In this document: positions 33,682 to 43,356 of the stretch, in pieces
How positions within the stretch are numbered: the first letter of the stretch is position 1
Layout: the number at the start of each line of letters is the position of its first letter
NCBI GenBank assembly: GCA_963832165.1
Contig: CAWHTE010000001.1
Coordinates: forward strand, 576,001-640,000
Reading direction: 5' to 3'
DNA from: an uncultured delta proteobacterium
Lineage (GTDB): Bacteria; Myxococcota_A; UBA9160; SMWR01
DNA length: 64,000 nucleotides
Position numbers and translations under genes: made by a program
The notes under the pieces: generated by a model
Database searches by the model: none
Seen by the model: the letters and a program-made list of their open reading frames with translations, nothing else
Told to the model about the DNA's origin: nothing

Positions 33682-34241
33682 GCAGCGAATTGTCGCCGGC
33701 GCAGCAGAAGATGCTGGCGGCCTACGAGTTCCACACGGGCGCCGAGTTCGTCACGCACCGGACCGAGGACGCGATCGCGTCGATGGTCCCGGACCCGTAC
33801 GTCGCGCTGCTGCCCGCGCTGACGGGCGGCAACGGTGTCGTAGAAGTCGAGGACTTCTACGAGCACCACTTCATCTTCAACATGCCGCCCGACATGGAGC
33901 TCGTGCCCGTGAACCGGATCATCGGCGGCGACTACATCGTCGAGGAGAGCGTGTTCCGCTTCACGCACACGGTCGAGCTCGACTGGATGTTGCCCGGCCT
34001 CGCGCCCACGGGGCGTCGCGTCGAGATCGCCGTGGTGTCGATCGTGAGGATGGAGGGCGAGAAGCTCGCCCACGAGCACATCTACTGGGACCAGGGCTCC
34101 GTGCTCGCGCAGCTGGGCCTGCTCGACAGCGATGCACTGCCGGTCGTGGGGGCAGACGGCGCGCGAAAGATCCTCGACCGCAACGTACCGGTGAACGGGC
34201 TCATGAAGCGCCTGCGCGCCGCGAAAGGAGCGAAGCGATGA
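33678..34241 (+). CDS. SnoaL/NTF2-like ester cyclase family protein
   Basis: FTHTVELDWMLPGLAPTG...HEHIYWDQGSVL. Confidence 0.85.
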   Translation: MSSELSPAQQKMLAAYEFHTGAEFVTHRTEDAIASMVPDPYVALLPALTGGNGVVEVEDFYEHHFIFNMPPDMELVPVNRIIGGDYIVEESVFRFTHTVELDWMLPGLAPTGRRVEIAVVSIVRMEGEKLAHEHIYWDQGSVLAQLGLLDSDALPVVGADGARKILDRNVPVNGLMKRLRAAKGAKR

Positions 34242-35686
34242 AGGCGAAACCCGATCCGAAGGTGGCGGAGATCCGCCGGCGCCTCGACCACCCGATCGTC
34301 GATGCCGACGCCCACCAGCTCGAGACGGTGCCGGTGCTGCTCGACTACATCCGCGAGGTCGGCGGCAGTGCGATGCCCGAGCGCTTCCTCGCGTTCCTGC
34401 GCCACCAGCGCCGCACGTTCGAGATGAGCTGGGAAGAGCGATACGACACGCGTACCTCGATGCCGGTGTGGTGGCCGATTCCCACCGAGAACACGCTCGA
34501 CCGCGCTACCACGCAGCTGCCCGGCCTGATGTACGACCGGATGGACGAGCTCGGACTCGACTTCAGCATCGTCTACCCGGGGATCGGACTGCAGATCGTG
34601 ACGCTGCCCGGGCTCGCCGACGACGAGCTGCGCCAGGTATGCACGCGCGCGTTCAACCGCTACTACGCCGAAATGTTTCGCGGCTACGCCGACCGGCTCA
34701 CGCCGGTCGGCCTCGTGACGATGAACACGCCGCAGGAGGCCTGCGACACGCTCGAAGACGCCGTGCGCTGCGGGCTGCGAGCCGTGGTGATCGCGGGCGA
34801 CGTGCTGCGGCCGGTGCCGAAGGTGGCGCGCGAGCACCCCGAGCTCGCGAGCCATGTCTGGTACCAGGACTGCTTCGGCATCGACTCGCCCTACGACTAC
34901 GATCCGTTCTGGGCGAAATGCGTCGAGCTCGGCGTGGCGCCGACGTCGCACTCGGGTCCGATCGGCTGGGGCACGCGCCGCTCCGTGTCGCGCCACCAGT
35001 ACAACCAGCTCGGCGGCTTCGCCGAGGGCGGCGAGGCGCTGCTCAAGGCGCTCTGGTTCGGCGGCGTCACGCGCCGCTTCCCGACGCTGAACTTCGGCTT
35101 CCTCGAGGGCGGCGTCGCGTGGGCGGCCAGCACCTACACGCGCATGATCGACCACTGGAGCAAGCGCAACGCCGAGGCGATCCGGAGCCTCGACCCGGCG
35201 CGCCTCGACCAGGCGCTGTTCGCGAAGCTGATCGACGAGTACGGGCACGAGAAGATCCGCGCCTACCGCGATCCGCTGGTCGAGAACTCGCTCTGGGCGC
35301 CGAGCCCGGACGAGCTCGACGACTGGCGCGCGTGCGAGGTGTCGAGCGCGGAAGAGCTCGCCGCGCAGTTCGTGCCGCGCTTCTACTTCGGCTGCGAGGG
35401 CGACGACCGCATGAACGCGCTCGCATTCGACACGGAGCTGAACCCGTTCGGCGCGCGGCTGCGCGCGATGATCGGCTCCGACATCGGCCACTTCGACGTG
35501 GTCGACATGCGCGAGGTGGTCGAGGAGTCGTGGGAGCTCGTCGAGGACGGGCTGATCGACGAGGCCGACTTCAAAGACATCGCATTCGCGAACGCGGTGC
35601 GCCTGCACGGCGGCATGAACCCCGACTTCTTCAAGGGGACGGTCGTCGAGGACGCCGCGGCGCGCGTGCTGCGGGAATCGGCGTAG
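34238..35686 (+). CDS. Amidohydrolase_2 family protein
   Basis: DADAH, FPTLNFGFLEGG, GSDIGH. Confidence 0.9.
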   Translation: MKAKPDPKVAEIRRRLDHPIVDADAHQLETVPVLLDYIREVGGSAMPERFLAFLRHQRRTFEMSWEERYDTRTSMPVWWPIPTENTLDRATTQLPGLMYDRMDELGLDFSIVYPGIGLQIVTLPGLADDELRQVCTRAFNRYYAEMFRGYADRLTPVGLVTMNTPQEACDTLEDAVRCGLRAVVIAGDVLRPVPKVAREHPELASHVWYQDCFGIDSPYDYDPFWAKCVELGVAPTSHSGPIGWGTRRSVSRHQYNQLGGFAEGGEALLKALWFGGVTRRFPTLNFGFLEGGVAWAASTYTRMIDHWSKRNAEAIRSLDPARLDQALFAKLIDEYGHEKIRAYRDPLVENSLWAPSPDELDDWRACEVSSAEELAAQFVPRFYFGCEGDDRMNALAFDTELNPFGARLRAMIGSDIGHFDVVDMREVVEESWELVEDGLIDEADFKDIAFANAVRLHGGMNPDFFKGTVVEDAAARVLRESA

Positions 35687-35820
35687 CGCCCGTTCGAGGG
35701 TTTTCATTCGAGACCCTGATGATTTCGTGTTGACATGAGCTGCTGCCCGGGCCTAGGGTCGGCCAACGCCCCAAACCCCAGGCTGGCGTGGCGTGCGGAC
35801 GCGCTAGCGCAGGAGATGTC

Positions 35821-38262
35821 ATGCCGGCTCGTCGCCGAAGCTCGTCTTGTTCCACGCTCGCTCTCTCTGCCGCTCTCTGCTCGCTCTTCCTGGGCCTCGC
35901 GCTCGTCGCTGCCGGTCCGGCCAAGGCGGCACCGCCCTTCAAGATCGAGATCCTGTCGAGCGCTCCCCACCGGGTGAGCGGGGGCGATGCGCTCGTGCGC
36001 GTGAGCTTCCCCGATGTCGACGTGCCGGCCGGGATGAGGCTGCTTCGGAACGGCGTCGACGTGACGAGCTCGCTCGAGGTCGTTCCGGGCGCGCTCGTCG
36101 GCGTGGTGAGCGGATTCGTCGTGGGCAACAACCTCCTGCGACTGATGCCCTCGCCGAATGCGAAAAAGCCGGTCGCGACTCTCGCCGTGCGCAACTTCCC
36201 GCAGAGCGGGCCGATCTTCTCGGGTCCGCAGCAGCAGCCGTTCGTCTGCACGACGGCGCGCAGCGGCCTCGGACAGCCGATCATCGACAACCAGGACTCG
36301 TTCGGGATCCGGGTCGCGCAAGAGAACCCGCCCGGTGTCTATCCGAGCGACTCCCGCGGTTATCCGACCGCGGCCGCAACGATCATCGGCTACAGCAAGA
36401 ACTGCGCGGGCAACCGGCGCGTCGAGTATCAGTACCGGACCACGTCGGGCGCGTTCGCGTCGCTTCCGGGCGGTCCGACCGGCCCGCTGCCCGCCAACAT
36501 CGCGATGACCACGACGCTCGACGGCGACACGGTGCCGTACATCGTGCGCTGGGAGCGCGGGACGATCAATCGGTTCATCTACAGCGTGGCGATGCTCGCG
36601 CCCACGACGGAGACGAACCCGAACCAGCCCGACGATTCGCTCTGGAACGGGCGCCTCGTGTTCAGTCTCGAGGGCGGCGTCGCGATCGGGCGCACGCAGG
36701 GCACGATCGGCGGCGGCGCGGCGCTGAATGACATCGTGCTCCGGCTCGGCTACGCGGTGGTGAGCTCGAGCGGTCTGCGCATGAACACCCACTACAACCT
36801 CCAGCTCGGCGGCGAGACGGCGCTGATGCTCAAGGAGCACTTCGTCGAGGACCACGGCGTCCCGCTCTATACCGTCAGCGTCGGCGGCTCGGGCGGCGCG
36901 ATCCAGCAGTACGTGTACGCGCAGAACCATCCGGGTCTGTTCGACGCGGCGATCCCGCAGTACTCCTACTCCGACATGGTCACCCAGACGATCCACGTCG
37001 GGGACTGCGAGCTGCTCGAGCACTACTTCGACGTCACCGATAAAGCCAACACGAAGTGGAAGAACCCCGAGAACCGTCAGGCGATCATGGGGCTCAACGC
37101 GTCGAACTTCCCGAAGAACCTGTCGAGCAGCGAGATCGCGAACTGGAATGGGATCTACGGGCTCTACGCGCTGTTCGGATTCCAGGTGCAGGACAAGGAT
37201 CCGGCATCGCCTGTTCCCGGGCTCACCGAGTGCCGTCAGGGTTGGTTCGGGCTCACGCCGCTCGCGCTGAACCCGACCTTCACGAACGTCCAGGACATCG
37301 ACAAGCTCGCGCAGGGCGTGGCCGGCGTGGAGTGGACCCACTGGGGCGACCTCGTGAACATCTACGGAACCGACGAGACCGGCTTTGCGCGCTCGCCCGC
37401 GGACAACGTCGGCGTGCAGTACGGGCTCACCGCGCTGCGCGACGGCGTGATCACTCCTGCGGAGTTCCTCGATCTGAACGCGAAGGTGGGGAGCTGGAAG
37501 GAGGCCTCGCAGATGGTCGTGGAGGGCTTCCCGTTCGTCGGCGCACCGAGCGCGGCGACCTTCGATCCCTGGAGCCGGCGCAACATGAACCTCTCTCCCG
37601 ACGGCGGGGTGACGCCCGCACCGCGGCGGACCGCAAACCTCGCGGCGATCGCGGCGGCGTACAACTCCGGCATGCGCTTCGACGGCGACCTCGACATCCC
37701 GGTGATCGACTGGCGCCACTATCTCGAAGACGAGCTCGACATGCACCACAGCCACCAGTCGTTCGCCACGCGGCGCCGCCTGGAGCTAGCGGGGAACGCC
37801 GACAACCAGGTGATCTGGTTCACCGATGCGCGACCCGCGGTCGGCTTCGACCAGACGCCCGAGGCGTTCGAAGTGATCGACGAGTGGATGGAGAACCTGC
37901 GCGCGAATCCCGAGCTCGGCGTGGCGGGCAACAAGCCGCCGCGCGCGGTCGACCGCTGCTTCGCCACGAATGGCACCGAGATCGCGGCCGGCGACGACGT
38001 CTGGAGCGGCATCCTCGACGAGGGTCCGCCCGGTGCGTGCACCTCGGTCTTCCCGCTGTACCGCACCACGCGCAGGGTCGCGGGCGGCCCGATCGAGGGC
38101 GGCATCTTCAAATGCGGGCTCCAGCCGGTCGACGCTGCCATCTCTGCGGGCGAGTACGGATCGTGGGAGCCGAGCCCTGCCGAGCAGGCCCGGCTGGAAG
38201 CGATCTTCCCCGAAGGAGTCTGCGACTGGAGCCTGCCGGACGAGGGGCGTCCGGGCGCTTGA
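35821..38262 (+). CDS. Secreted DUF6351-like (tannase-like fold) protein
   Basis: Signal peptide, VSGGDALV, ERGTINRFIY, GGSGGAIQQ, IFPEGVCDWS. Confidence 0.8.
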   Translation: MPARRRSSSCSTLALSAALCSLFLGLALVAAGPAKAAPPFKIEILSSAPHRVSGGDALVRVSFPDVDVPAGMRLLRNGVDVTSSLEVVPGALVGVVSGFVVGNNLLRLMPSPNAKKPVATLAVRNFPQSGPIFSGPQQQPFVCTTARSGLGQPIIDNQDSFGIRVAQENPPGVYPSDSRGYPTAAATIIGYSKNCAGNRRVEYQYRTTSGAFASLPGGPTGPLPANIAMTTTLDGDTVPYIVRWERGTINRFIYSVAMLAPTTETNPNQPDDSLWNGRLVFSLEGGVAIGRTQGTIGGGAALNDIVLRLGYAVVSSSGLRMNTHYNLQLGGETALMLKEHFVEDHGVPLYTVSVGGSGGAIQQYVYAQNHPGLFDAAIPQYSYSDMVTQTIHVGDCELLEHYFDVTDKANTKWKNPENRQAIMGLNASNFPKNLSSSEIANWNGIYGLYALFGFQVQDKDPASPVPGLTECRQGWFGLTPLALNPTFTNVQDIDKLAQGVAGVEWTHWGDLVNIYGTDETGFARSPADNVGVQYGLTALRDGVITPAEFLDLNAKVGSWKEASQMVVEGFPFVGAPSAATFDPWSRRNMNLSPDGGVTPAPRRTANLAAIAAAYNSGMRFDGDLDIPVIDWRHYLEDELDMHHSHQSFATRRRLELAGNADNQVIWFTDARPAVGFDQTPEAFEVIDEWMENLRANPELGVAGNKPPRAVDRCFATNGTEIAAGDDVWSGILDEGPPGACTSVFPLYRTTRRVAGGPIEGGIFKCGLQPVDAAISAGEYGSWEPSPAEQARLEAIFPEGVCDWSLPDEGRPGA

Positions 38263-38336
38263 GGCGCTGACCGGGACGGTTGCGGCCCGCGCGCGTGTGC
38301 GTGCTCGTGGGGCATGGCGTCGATTAGAATCCGGCC

Positions 38337-39512
38337 ATGCCCTACGCGCACCGCCCCATGCACGACGCCGACGCCCACGTGATGGAGACGGCGGCGATGC
38401 TCCACGAATGCGCGGAGCCCGCCGTGCGTTCCAAGCTGCCGCCGAGCTTCGTCGCGGCGCTCTCGCCGGGCGAAGACGAGCGCCTCGTGTCGCACTTCCG
38501 GGGCAAGCACGCCGATCCGGCCTATCGCAGCGACGACGCCGATCAGATCCTTCTGCGCAAGAACTGGGCTGCGACGGGCTCGTTCCTGAAGGAAGACCGC
38601 CCCCGAGCCCTCGACCTGCTCGGATTCCAGAGCCAGCTCGTCTTCAACACGTTCGTGAACCAGGCGTTGCTCAAGGCCGAACGTGGTGATGATGTGGACT
38701 TCGCGTACGGCTTCGCGCGCGCCCACAACCGCGCGATGCTCGACTTCTGCGCCGTCGACCGCCGCCTGCTCGCGACCTGTTATGTGCCGCTGCGCGACTT
38801 CGCGCGCAGCCGCGCGATCGCGCGCGAGGTGATCGACGCGGGTGCTTCGGCCCTGCTCGTGCCGTCGGGCTGCCCGCGCGGCCACGCCCCGAGCCATCCC
38901 GGATTGTTCCCGGTCTGGGAGCAGGCCGTGGAAGCCGGCCTCCCGATCGTCTTCCACGTCGGCGGCGGGCTGCGCGCGGCCGACGACCGGCTGATCGACC
39001 GCGACTACTTCGAGAACGGCGGACCGCCGATTCCCGACTTCCACGGCGGCGACGAGAACTTCCGCTCCGTCGACTACATGGCGATCCCGACCGCGCCGAT
39101 GCAGACGATCGCCACGCTGATCTTCGACGGCGTGCTCGACCGGTTCCCGACGCTCCGGCTCGGCGTGATCGAGCAGGGCGCGTCGTGGATCCCGAGCTGG
39201 ATGCGCTTCATGGATTCCGCGTTCGAGGCGTTCCGCAAGAACGAGGAGCGCCTCCAGAAGCTCGCGCTGCGCCCGAGCGACTACGTGCGGCGACAGGTGC
39301 GCGCCACTCCGTATCCGGCCGAGGATGTGGGCTGGACCGTCGCCAACGCGGGCGACGAGGTGTGCCTGTTCTCGTCCGACTACCCGCACGTCGAGGGCGG
39401 CCGCAATCCGATCAAGCGCTTCGAAGAGAGCATGACCACGCTCTCCGAGCCGCAGAAGCAGCGCTTCTACGTCGAGAACTTCGCGGACCTGATGGGGAGC
39501 GGCCTGTCCTAG
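38337..39512 (+). CDS. Amidohydrolase_2 family protein
   Basis: HDADAHVME, VFHVG, IEQGASW, FSSDYPHVEG. Confidence 0.9.
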   Translation: MPYAHRPMHDADAHVMETAAMLHECAEPAVRSKLPPSFVAALSPGEDERLVSHFRGKHADPAYRSDDADQILLRKNWAATGSFLKEDRPRALDLLGFQSQLVFNTFVNQALLKAERGDDVDFAYGFARAHNRAMLDFCAVDRRLLATCYVPLRDFARSRAIAREVIDAGASALLVPSGCPRGHAPSHPGLFPVWEQAVEAGLPIVFHVGGGLRAADDRLIDRDYFENGGPPIPDFHGGDENFRSVDYMAIPTAPMQTIATLIFDGVLDRFPTLRLGVIEQGASWIPSWMRFMDSAFEAFRKNEERLQKLALRPSDYVRRQVRATPYPAEDVGWTVANAGDEVCLFSSDYPHVEGGRNPIKRFEESMTTLSEPQKQRFYVENFADLMGSGLS

Positions 39513-40447
39513 TCGGGCTCTGCTCGCGATCGGGGCGTGAGGCCGTAGACGAGCTCACCGCGCTCGTCGACGTCGTAGTAGCCGAGGCCGTCGCCGACGC
39601 CGATGCCGTCGACGCCCATCGCGACGGCGAACTTGTTCAGGGCGTTGCGCGCGACGTCGAGCACGATCTCGACCACCTGCTCGGCGCTGAAGTGCGCGTG
39701 CGCCGCCGCGACGAGACCGTCCGGGAACGCATCGGGCCGCCACAAGAGCGCGTCGACGAGTCGAAGCGCGACCTTGTGGCGGTCGGCGAGGTCGCTGTCC
39801 TCGTACACGTCGAGCTTGTCGAACAGGGTCTCGTCGCCGCCGGACTCGACCGCGCGCACGTTGCGCAGCGAATTGCAGAACCGACACTGGTGTGCGCGCG
39901 CGCCGCGCAGCCGGATCAGCTCGGTCGTCATCGGATCGAGGGTGGCCAGGCGCGCGATCAGCGGCATCATCGCCTCGAGCGCGGGCCACAGCTTCTCGGG
40001 CGCGGCCGTGGGCTCGGACGGCAATGGGTCGGCGCCGAAGAGCTGAACGAACGCCGCACGCACGCGCAGCTCGAAGTCGATCGCATACAGCGCCTGCGCG
40101 AACGCGGCAGCATCGGCGCCGAGCGCGGCGCGCAGCTCGGCGCGCTGCTCCTCGGAGACCAGAGAGACATCGAGCACGAACTGCTCGGCGAACGCGAGGC
40201 ACGCGCGATCGCGGTCGGAGAAGAGCGGCGAGGAGGGCCACGACGGCAGCGCGTCGAGCTTCTCCGCGTCCGGAGAGATCGAATTCCGAGGCGGCAGATC
40301 GAGGCCAAGCAGCGTGGCGACGCGCGCGCGGGTCAATTCGTAGAGGGCCGGATCGACCGCGGCCTTCGCGCTCGACAGGACGACCTCGAACGCCGCGAAT
40401 GCGTCGGGTGCGATCCCGCGCACGTCGACGGTCGGGGCGGAACTCAT
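39509..40447 (-). CDS. Carboxymuconolactone decarboxylase/AhpD-like protein (two domains)
   Basis: ELIRLRGARAHQCRFCNSLR (CxxC). Confidence 0.85.
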   Translation of the reverse strand: MSSAPTVDVRGIAPDAFAAFEVVLSSAKAAVDPALYELTRARVATLLGLDLPPRNSISPDAEKLDALPSWPSSPLFSDRDRACLAFAEQFVLDVSLVSEEQRAELRAALGADAAAFAQALYAIDFELRVRAAFVQLFGADPLPSEPTAAPEKLWPALEAMMPLIARLATLDPMTTELIRLRGARAHQCRFCNSLRNVRAVESGGDETLFDKLDVYEDSDLADRHKVALRLVDALLWRPDAFPDGLVAAAHAHFSAEQVVEIVLDVARNALNKFAVAMGVDGIGVGDGLGYYDVDERGELVYGLTPRSRAEPD

Positions 40448-40461
40448 CGCAGCAGTATTGC

Positions 40462-41613
40462 TCAGTCCGTCGCCGACACCACGCAGTCGAGGATGCGCTC
40501 GGCCTCGGCGCGTTGCTGCTCGGCGGCGATCGACTCGCCGGCCTCGAGCCGGGCCGCAAATCGGAAGAATGGCACGAACCCGTCCTCGTCCTGGCAACGC
40601 GCGCGGACCGCGAAGCGCGGGCTGCGCGCGGCTCGCTGCGCCCACCCGTGGCGCACCGCGGCCCAGAACGGCGACGTCGCCTCCCAGTAGGCGTCCGCGG
40701 CCGCGAAGTCGAAGCTCTCGAGCCGCTCGTAGCGATCGACGCCGATCTCGCGTGCGAGGCGCCGCGTCTCGCCCGCCTGATGGCCTTCGCTCGCCTTCGG
40801 CTCGCTGCCCGAAGCTTGCGCGAGCACGAGCTTCTGGTTGTCCTGCTCGTGGACCCAGCCCGTCGGCAGAATCGTGTGCCGGTTGCGTCCCGCGAGCACC
40901 TGATAGTCGCTGCGCACGGTGTGCTCGCGGCGGGGCAGCGGGCGCCAGGCCTCACCGCCCTCCCAGATCGATGCCTCGGCGCTGTGAGTCCAACGACCGA
41001 GCGATCCGTAGCGCGGCGCGTCGTCGACCTGGTACACGGTCTGCGACCAGGCGCCGCGGCGCGCGTCGCGCGGAACGGATCGGGTCTCGAAGCGCTCGTT
41101 CCCCGCGAACACGAGCACGTTGCTGGGCTCGTAGCGCCAGTCCTGACGCCAGTGCTTCTGTACCAGCGGACCGTGCGTTTGCCCGGACTCGTCGATCACG
41201 AACATCACGAGGATGTGCTGAAGGCTCACGAAGTCGGCGCGGTCCTCGATCACGTAGATGCGCTCGGTTCCCCACGATCGGTACGGGCGCGCCGGCGTCG
41301 CGCCGGACGTGAACAGGATCGTCTCCAGGAAGTCGAAGGACGCGCGGTAGTCGCCGGCCATGGCAAGGATCGCCGCGCGGTCGCGCTCGCGCGCGGAGAG
41401 CCCCGGCGCATGGAGCCGCTGCCACGCTTCGGACGGGACGCTCGCGAGCGTCACCTCCGCGCCGTGCGTCGTTCCGCCGCGCGGCTCCATCGGAACTCCG
41501 ACGAACGGCCACGCGAACACATAGGGCCGCCGCTCCGGAGCGGCGGTCGCACAGCCGACTCCGATCGCGACGACCGCGGCGAGCAAGAGCGTCGCGTACC
41601 TGCGCCAGGTCAT
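40462..41613 (-). CDS. DUF6607-like lipoprotein
   Basis: Lipobox VGC; DRAAILAMAGDY, KHWRQDW, QVDDAPRY, WRPLPRRE, GWVHEQDN. Confidence 0.8.
   Translation of the reverse strand: MTWRRYATLLLAAVVAIGVGCATAAPERRPYVFAWPFVGVPMEPRGGTTHGAEVTLASVPSEAWQRLHAPGLSARERDRAAILAMAGDYRASFDFLETILFTSGATPARPYRSWGTERIYVIEDRADFVSLQHILVMFVIDESGQTHGPLVQKHWRQDWRYEPSNVLVFAGNERFETRSVPRDARRGAWSQTVYQVDDAPRYGSLGRWTHSAEASIWEGGEAWRPLPRREHTVRSDYQVLAGRNRHTILPTGWVHEQDNQKLVLAQASGSEPKASEGHQAGETRRLAREIGVDRYERLESFDFAAADAYWEATSPFWAAVRHGWAQRAARSPRFAVRARCQDEDGFVPFFRFAARLEAGESIAAEQQRAEAERILDCVVSATD
40777..40824. repeat. REP-like short palindromic element inserted in frame in the DUF6607 gene
   Basis: CCTTCGCTCGCCTTCGGCTCGCTGCCCGAAG encodes ASGSEPKASEGHQ between conserved blocks. 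Confidence 0.5.
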
Positions 41614-41682
41614 GCCCCAACCTTGCGGCGGGAGCGCGATGTCGGCAAGCCATCGAGTCACGGCGCGCCCTACTCTCGTGTC

Positions 41683-43209
41683 ATGCTCTTCGCCGATCTC
41701 GTCGCGACGTCGGCTGCGGTGGCCGCGACGCCGAAGCGCGGCGAGAAGATCGCGCGGCTCGCGGAGCTGGTGCGGCGTCTCGAGCCCGATGAGGTCGCGA
41801 CGGCCGTCGCGTTCCTGTCGGGTGAGCTGCCGAAGGGGCGGATCGGCGTCGGGTGGACGACGATCTCGCGCGCGGTCTCCTCCGGGTCCGCGGCGGCTCC
41901 CGTGCTGTCGATCGGCGACGTCGAACGCGCCCTCGACGAGCTGCTCGCGACGGTCGGCGCCGGCTCGTCGGCCGCGCGATCGCGCCAGATCGAGTCGCTG
42001 TTCGCGCGCGCCACGGCCGCCGAGGTCGACTTCCTCGGGCGCCTGCTCGTGGGTGAGCTGCGCCAGGGCGCGCTCTCCGGCGTGATGAGCGACGCGATCG
42101 CGGTAGCGGCCTCGGTGCGCCCGGCGGCGCTGCGCCGCGCCGCGATGCTCTCGGGCGATCTCGCGATCGCGGCTCGAATCGCGCTGGGCACCGGCGAGTC
42201 CGGCCTCGCCGCAGTGACGCTCGAAGTCGGCAGGCCGGTTCTGCCGATGCTCGCATCGGCGTCGGCGGACCCGGCGTCGGCGATCGCCGAAACGGGCGCA
42301 GCGTCGGTCGAGTGGAAGATCGACGGCGCGCGCATCCAGTTGCATCGGTCGGGCGCGGACGTGCGCATCTTCACGCGCAATCTGAACGACGTCACGGACC
42401 GGCTTCCCGAGGTGGTCGCGATCGCGGCGTCGCTCGACGTCTCGTCCGCGGTGCTCGACGGCGAGGTGCTAGGCCTGTCCGAGGACGAGTCTCCGCGCGC
42501 GTTCCAGGACACGATGAGCCGCTTCGGCGCCGAAGCGGCCGCGGCGGAACTCGGCGCGCTGCGCCCCTTCTTCTTCGATCTGCTCCATCTCGATGGCGAC
42601 CTCGCGATCGATCGCCCGCTGCGCGAGCGCCTGACACTCCTCGATCGCGCGGCAGGGGCGTTCGCCGTGCCCCGGATCGCGACGGCAGACCCAGCCGAGG
42701 CCGAGCGATTCCTGGCCGAAGCGCTCGCGGCGGGACACGAGGGCGTGATGATCAAGGCGCTCGAGAGCGGCTATGAGGCCGGCCGGCGAGGCAAGGCCTG
42801 GCGCAAAGTGAAGCCGGTGCAGACGCTCGACCTCGTCGTGCTCGCGGCCGAGTGGGGACACGGCCGCCGGCGCGGCTGGCTCTCGAATCTCCACCTGGGC
42901 GCGCGCGACCCCGAGAACGGCGGCTGGTTGATGGTCGGCAAGACGTTCAAGGGTCTCTCGGACGAGCTGCTGCGCTGGCAGACCGCGCGGTTCAGAGAGC
43001 TCGCGGAGCGCGAGTCCGACGGAACGGTCTGGGTTCGACCGGAAGTCGTCGTCGAGGTCGCGCTCGACGGAGTGCAGCGCTCGACGCGCTATCCCGGTGG
43101 CGTGGCGCTGCGCTTCGCACGAGTCAAGCGCTACCGACCCGATCGCGAGAGCGCATCGGCGAGCACGATCGACGAAGTGCGCGCGCTGTTGCCCGGCGCG
43201 AGGCGCTGA
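41683..43209 (+). CDS. ligB: ATP-dependent DNA ligase (actinobacterial LigB type)
   Basis: EWKIDGARIQ, LDGE, FFDLL, EGVMIK, WRKVK, ALRFARV. Confidence 0.93.
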   Translation: MLFADLVATSAAVAATPKRGEKIARLAELVRRLEPDEVATAVAFLSGELPKGRIGVGWTTISRAVSSGSAAAPVLSIGDVERALDELLATVGAGSSAARSRQIESLFARATAAEVDFLGRLLVGELRQGALSGVMSDAIAVAASVRPAALRRAAMLSGDLAIAARIALGTGESGLAAVTLEVGRPVLPMLASASADPASAIAETGAASVEWKIDGARIQLHRSGADVRIFTRNLNDVTDRLPEVVAIAASLDVSSAVLDGEVLGLSEDESPRAFQDTMSRFGAEAAAAELGALRPFFFDLLHLDGDLAIDRPLRERLTLLDRAAGAFAVPRIATADPAEAERFLAEALAAGHEGVMIKALESGYEAGRRGKAWRKVKPVQTLDLVVLAAEWGHGRRRGWLSNLHLGARDPENGGWLMVGKTFKGLSDELLRWQTARFRELAERESDGTVWVRPEVVVEVALDGVQRSTRYPGGVALRFARVKRYRPDRESASASTIDEVRALLPGARR

Positions 43210-43307
43210 ACCCGAGCACCGGCTTCGAGCGCTCCCGGCTCGATTTGTAGGTTGCACATGTTTCCACGCGAGCTGCGTCTGGAATCCACTCCGGACGGCG
43301 CGAGTGG

Positions 43308-43323
43308 TGGCATGCGGATTGCG
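43308..43323 (+). promoter_or_regulatory. Sigma-54 -24/-12 promoter
   Basis: TGGCATG-CGGA-TTGCG has correct spacing and lies upstream of the RBS GGGAGG of the BON gene. Confidence 0.7.
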
Positions 43324-43356
43324 TTTTCAGTGTGGGAACGCGATGGGAGGAATGAA

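Noticed and set aside
39509..40447. AhpD-like selenoprotein
   Set aside because: The motif is CRFC encoded by Cys codons; there is no in-frame TGA.
39892..41682. N-terminal 597 aa of the 1105-aa ligase ORF
   Set aside because: It is antisense to two real genes. The ligase starts at 41683.
41683..43209. NHEJ or mobile-element ligase
   Set aside because: No Ku gene, LigD domains or phage genes nearby; it looks like an ordinary LigB-type enzyme.
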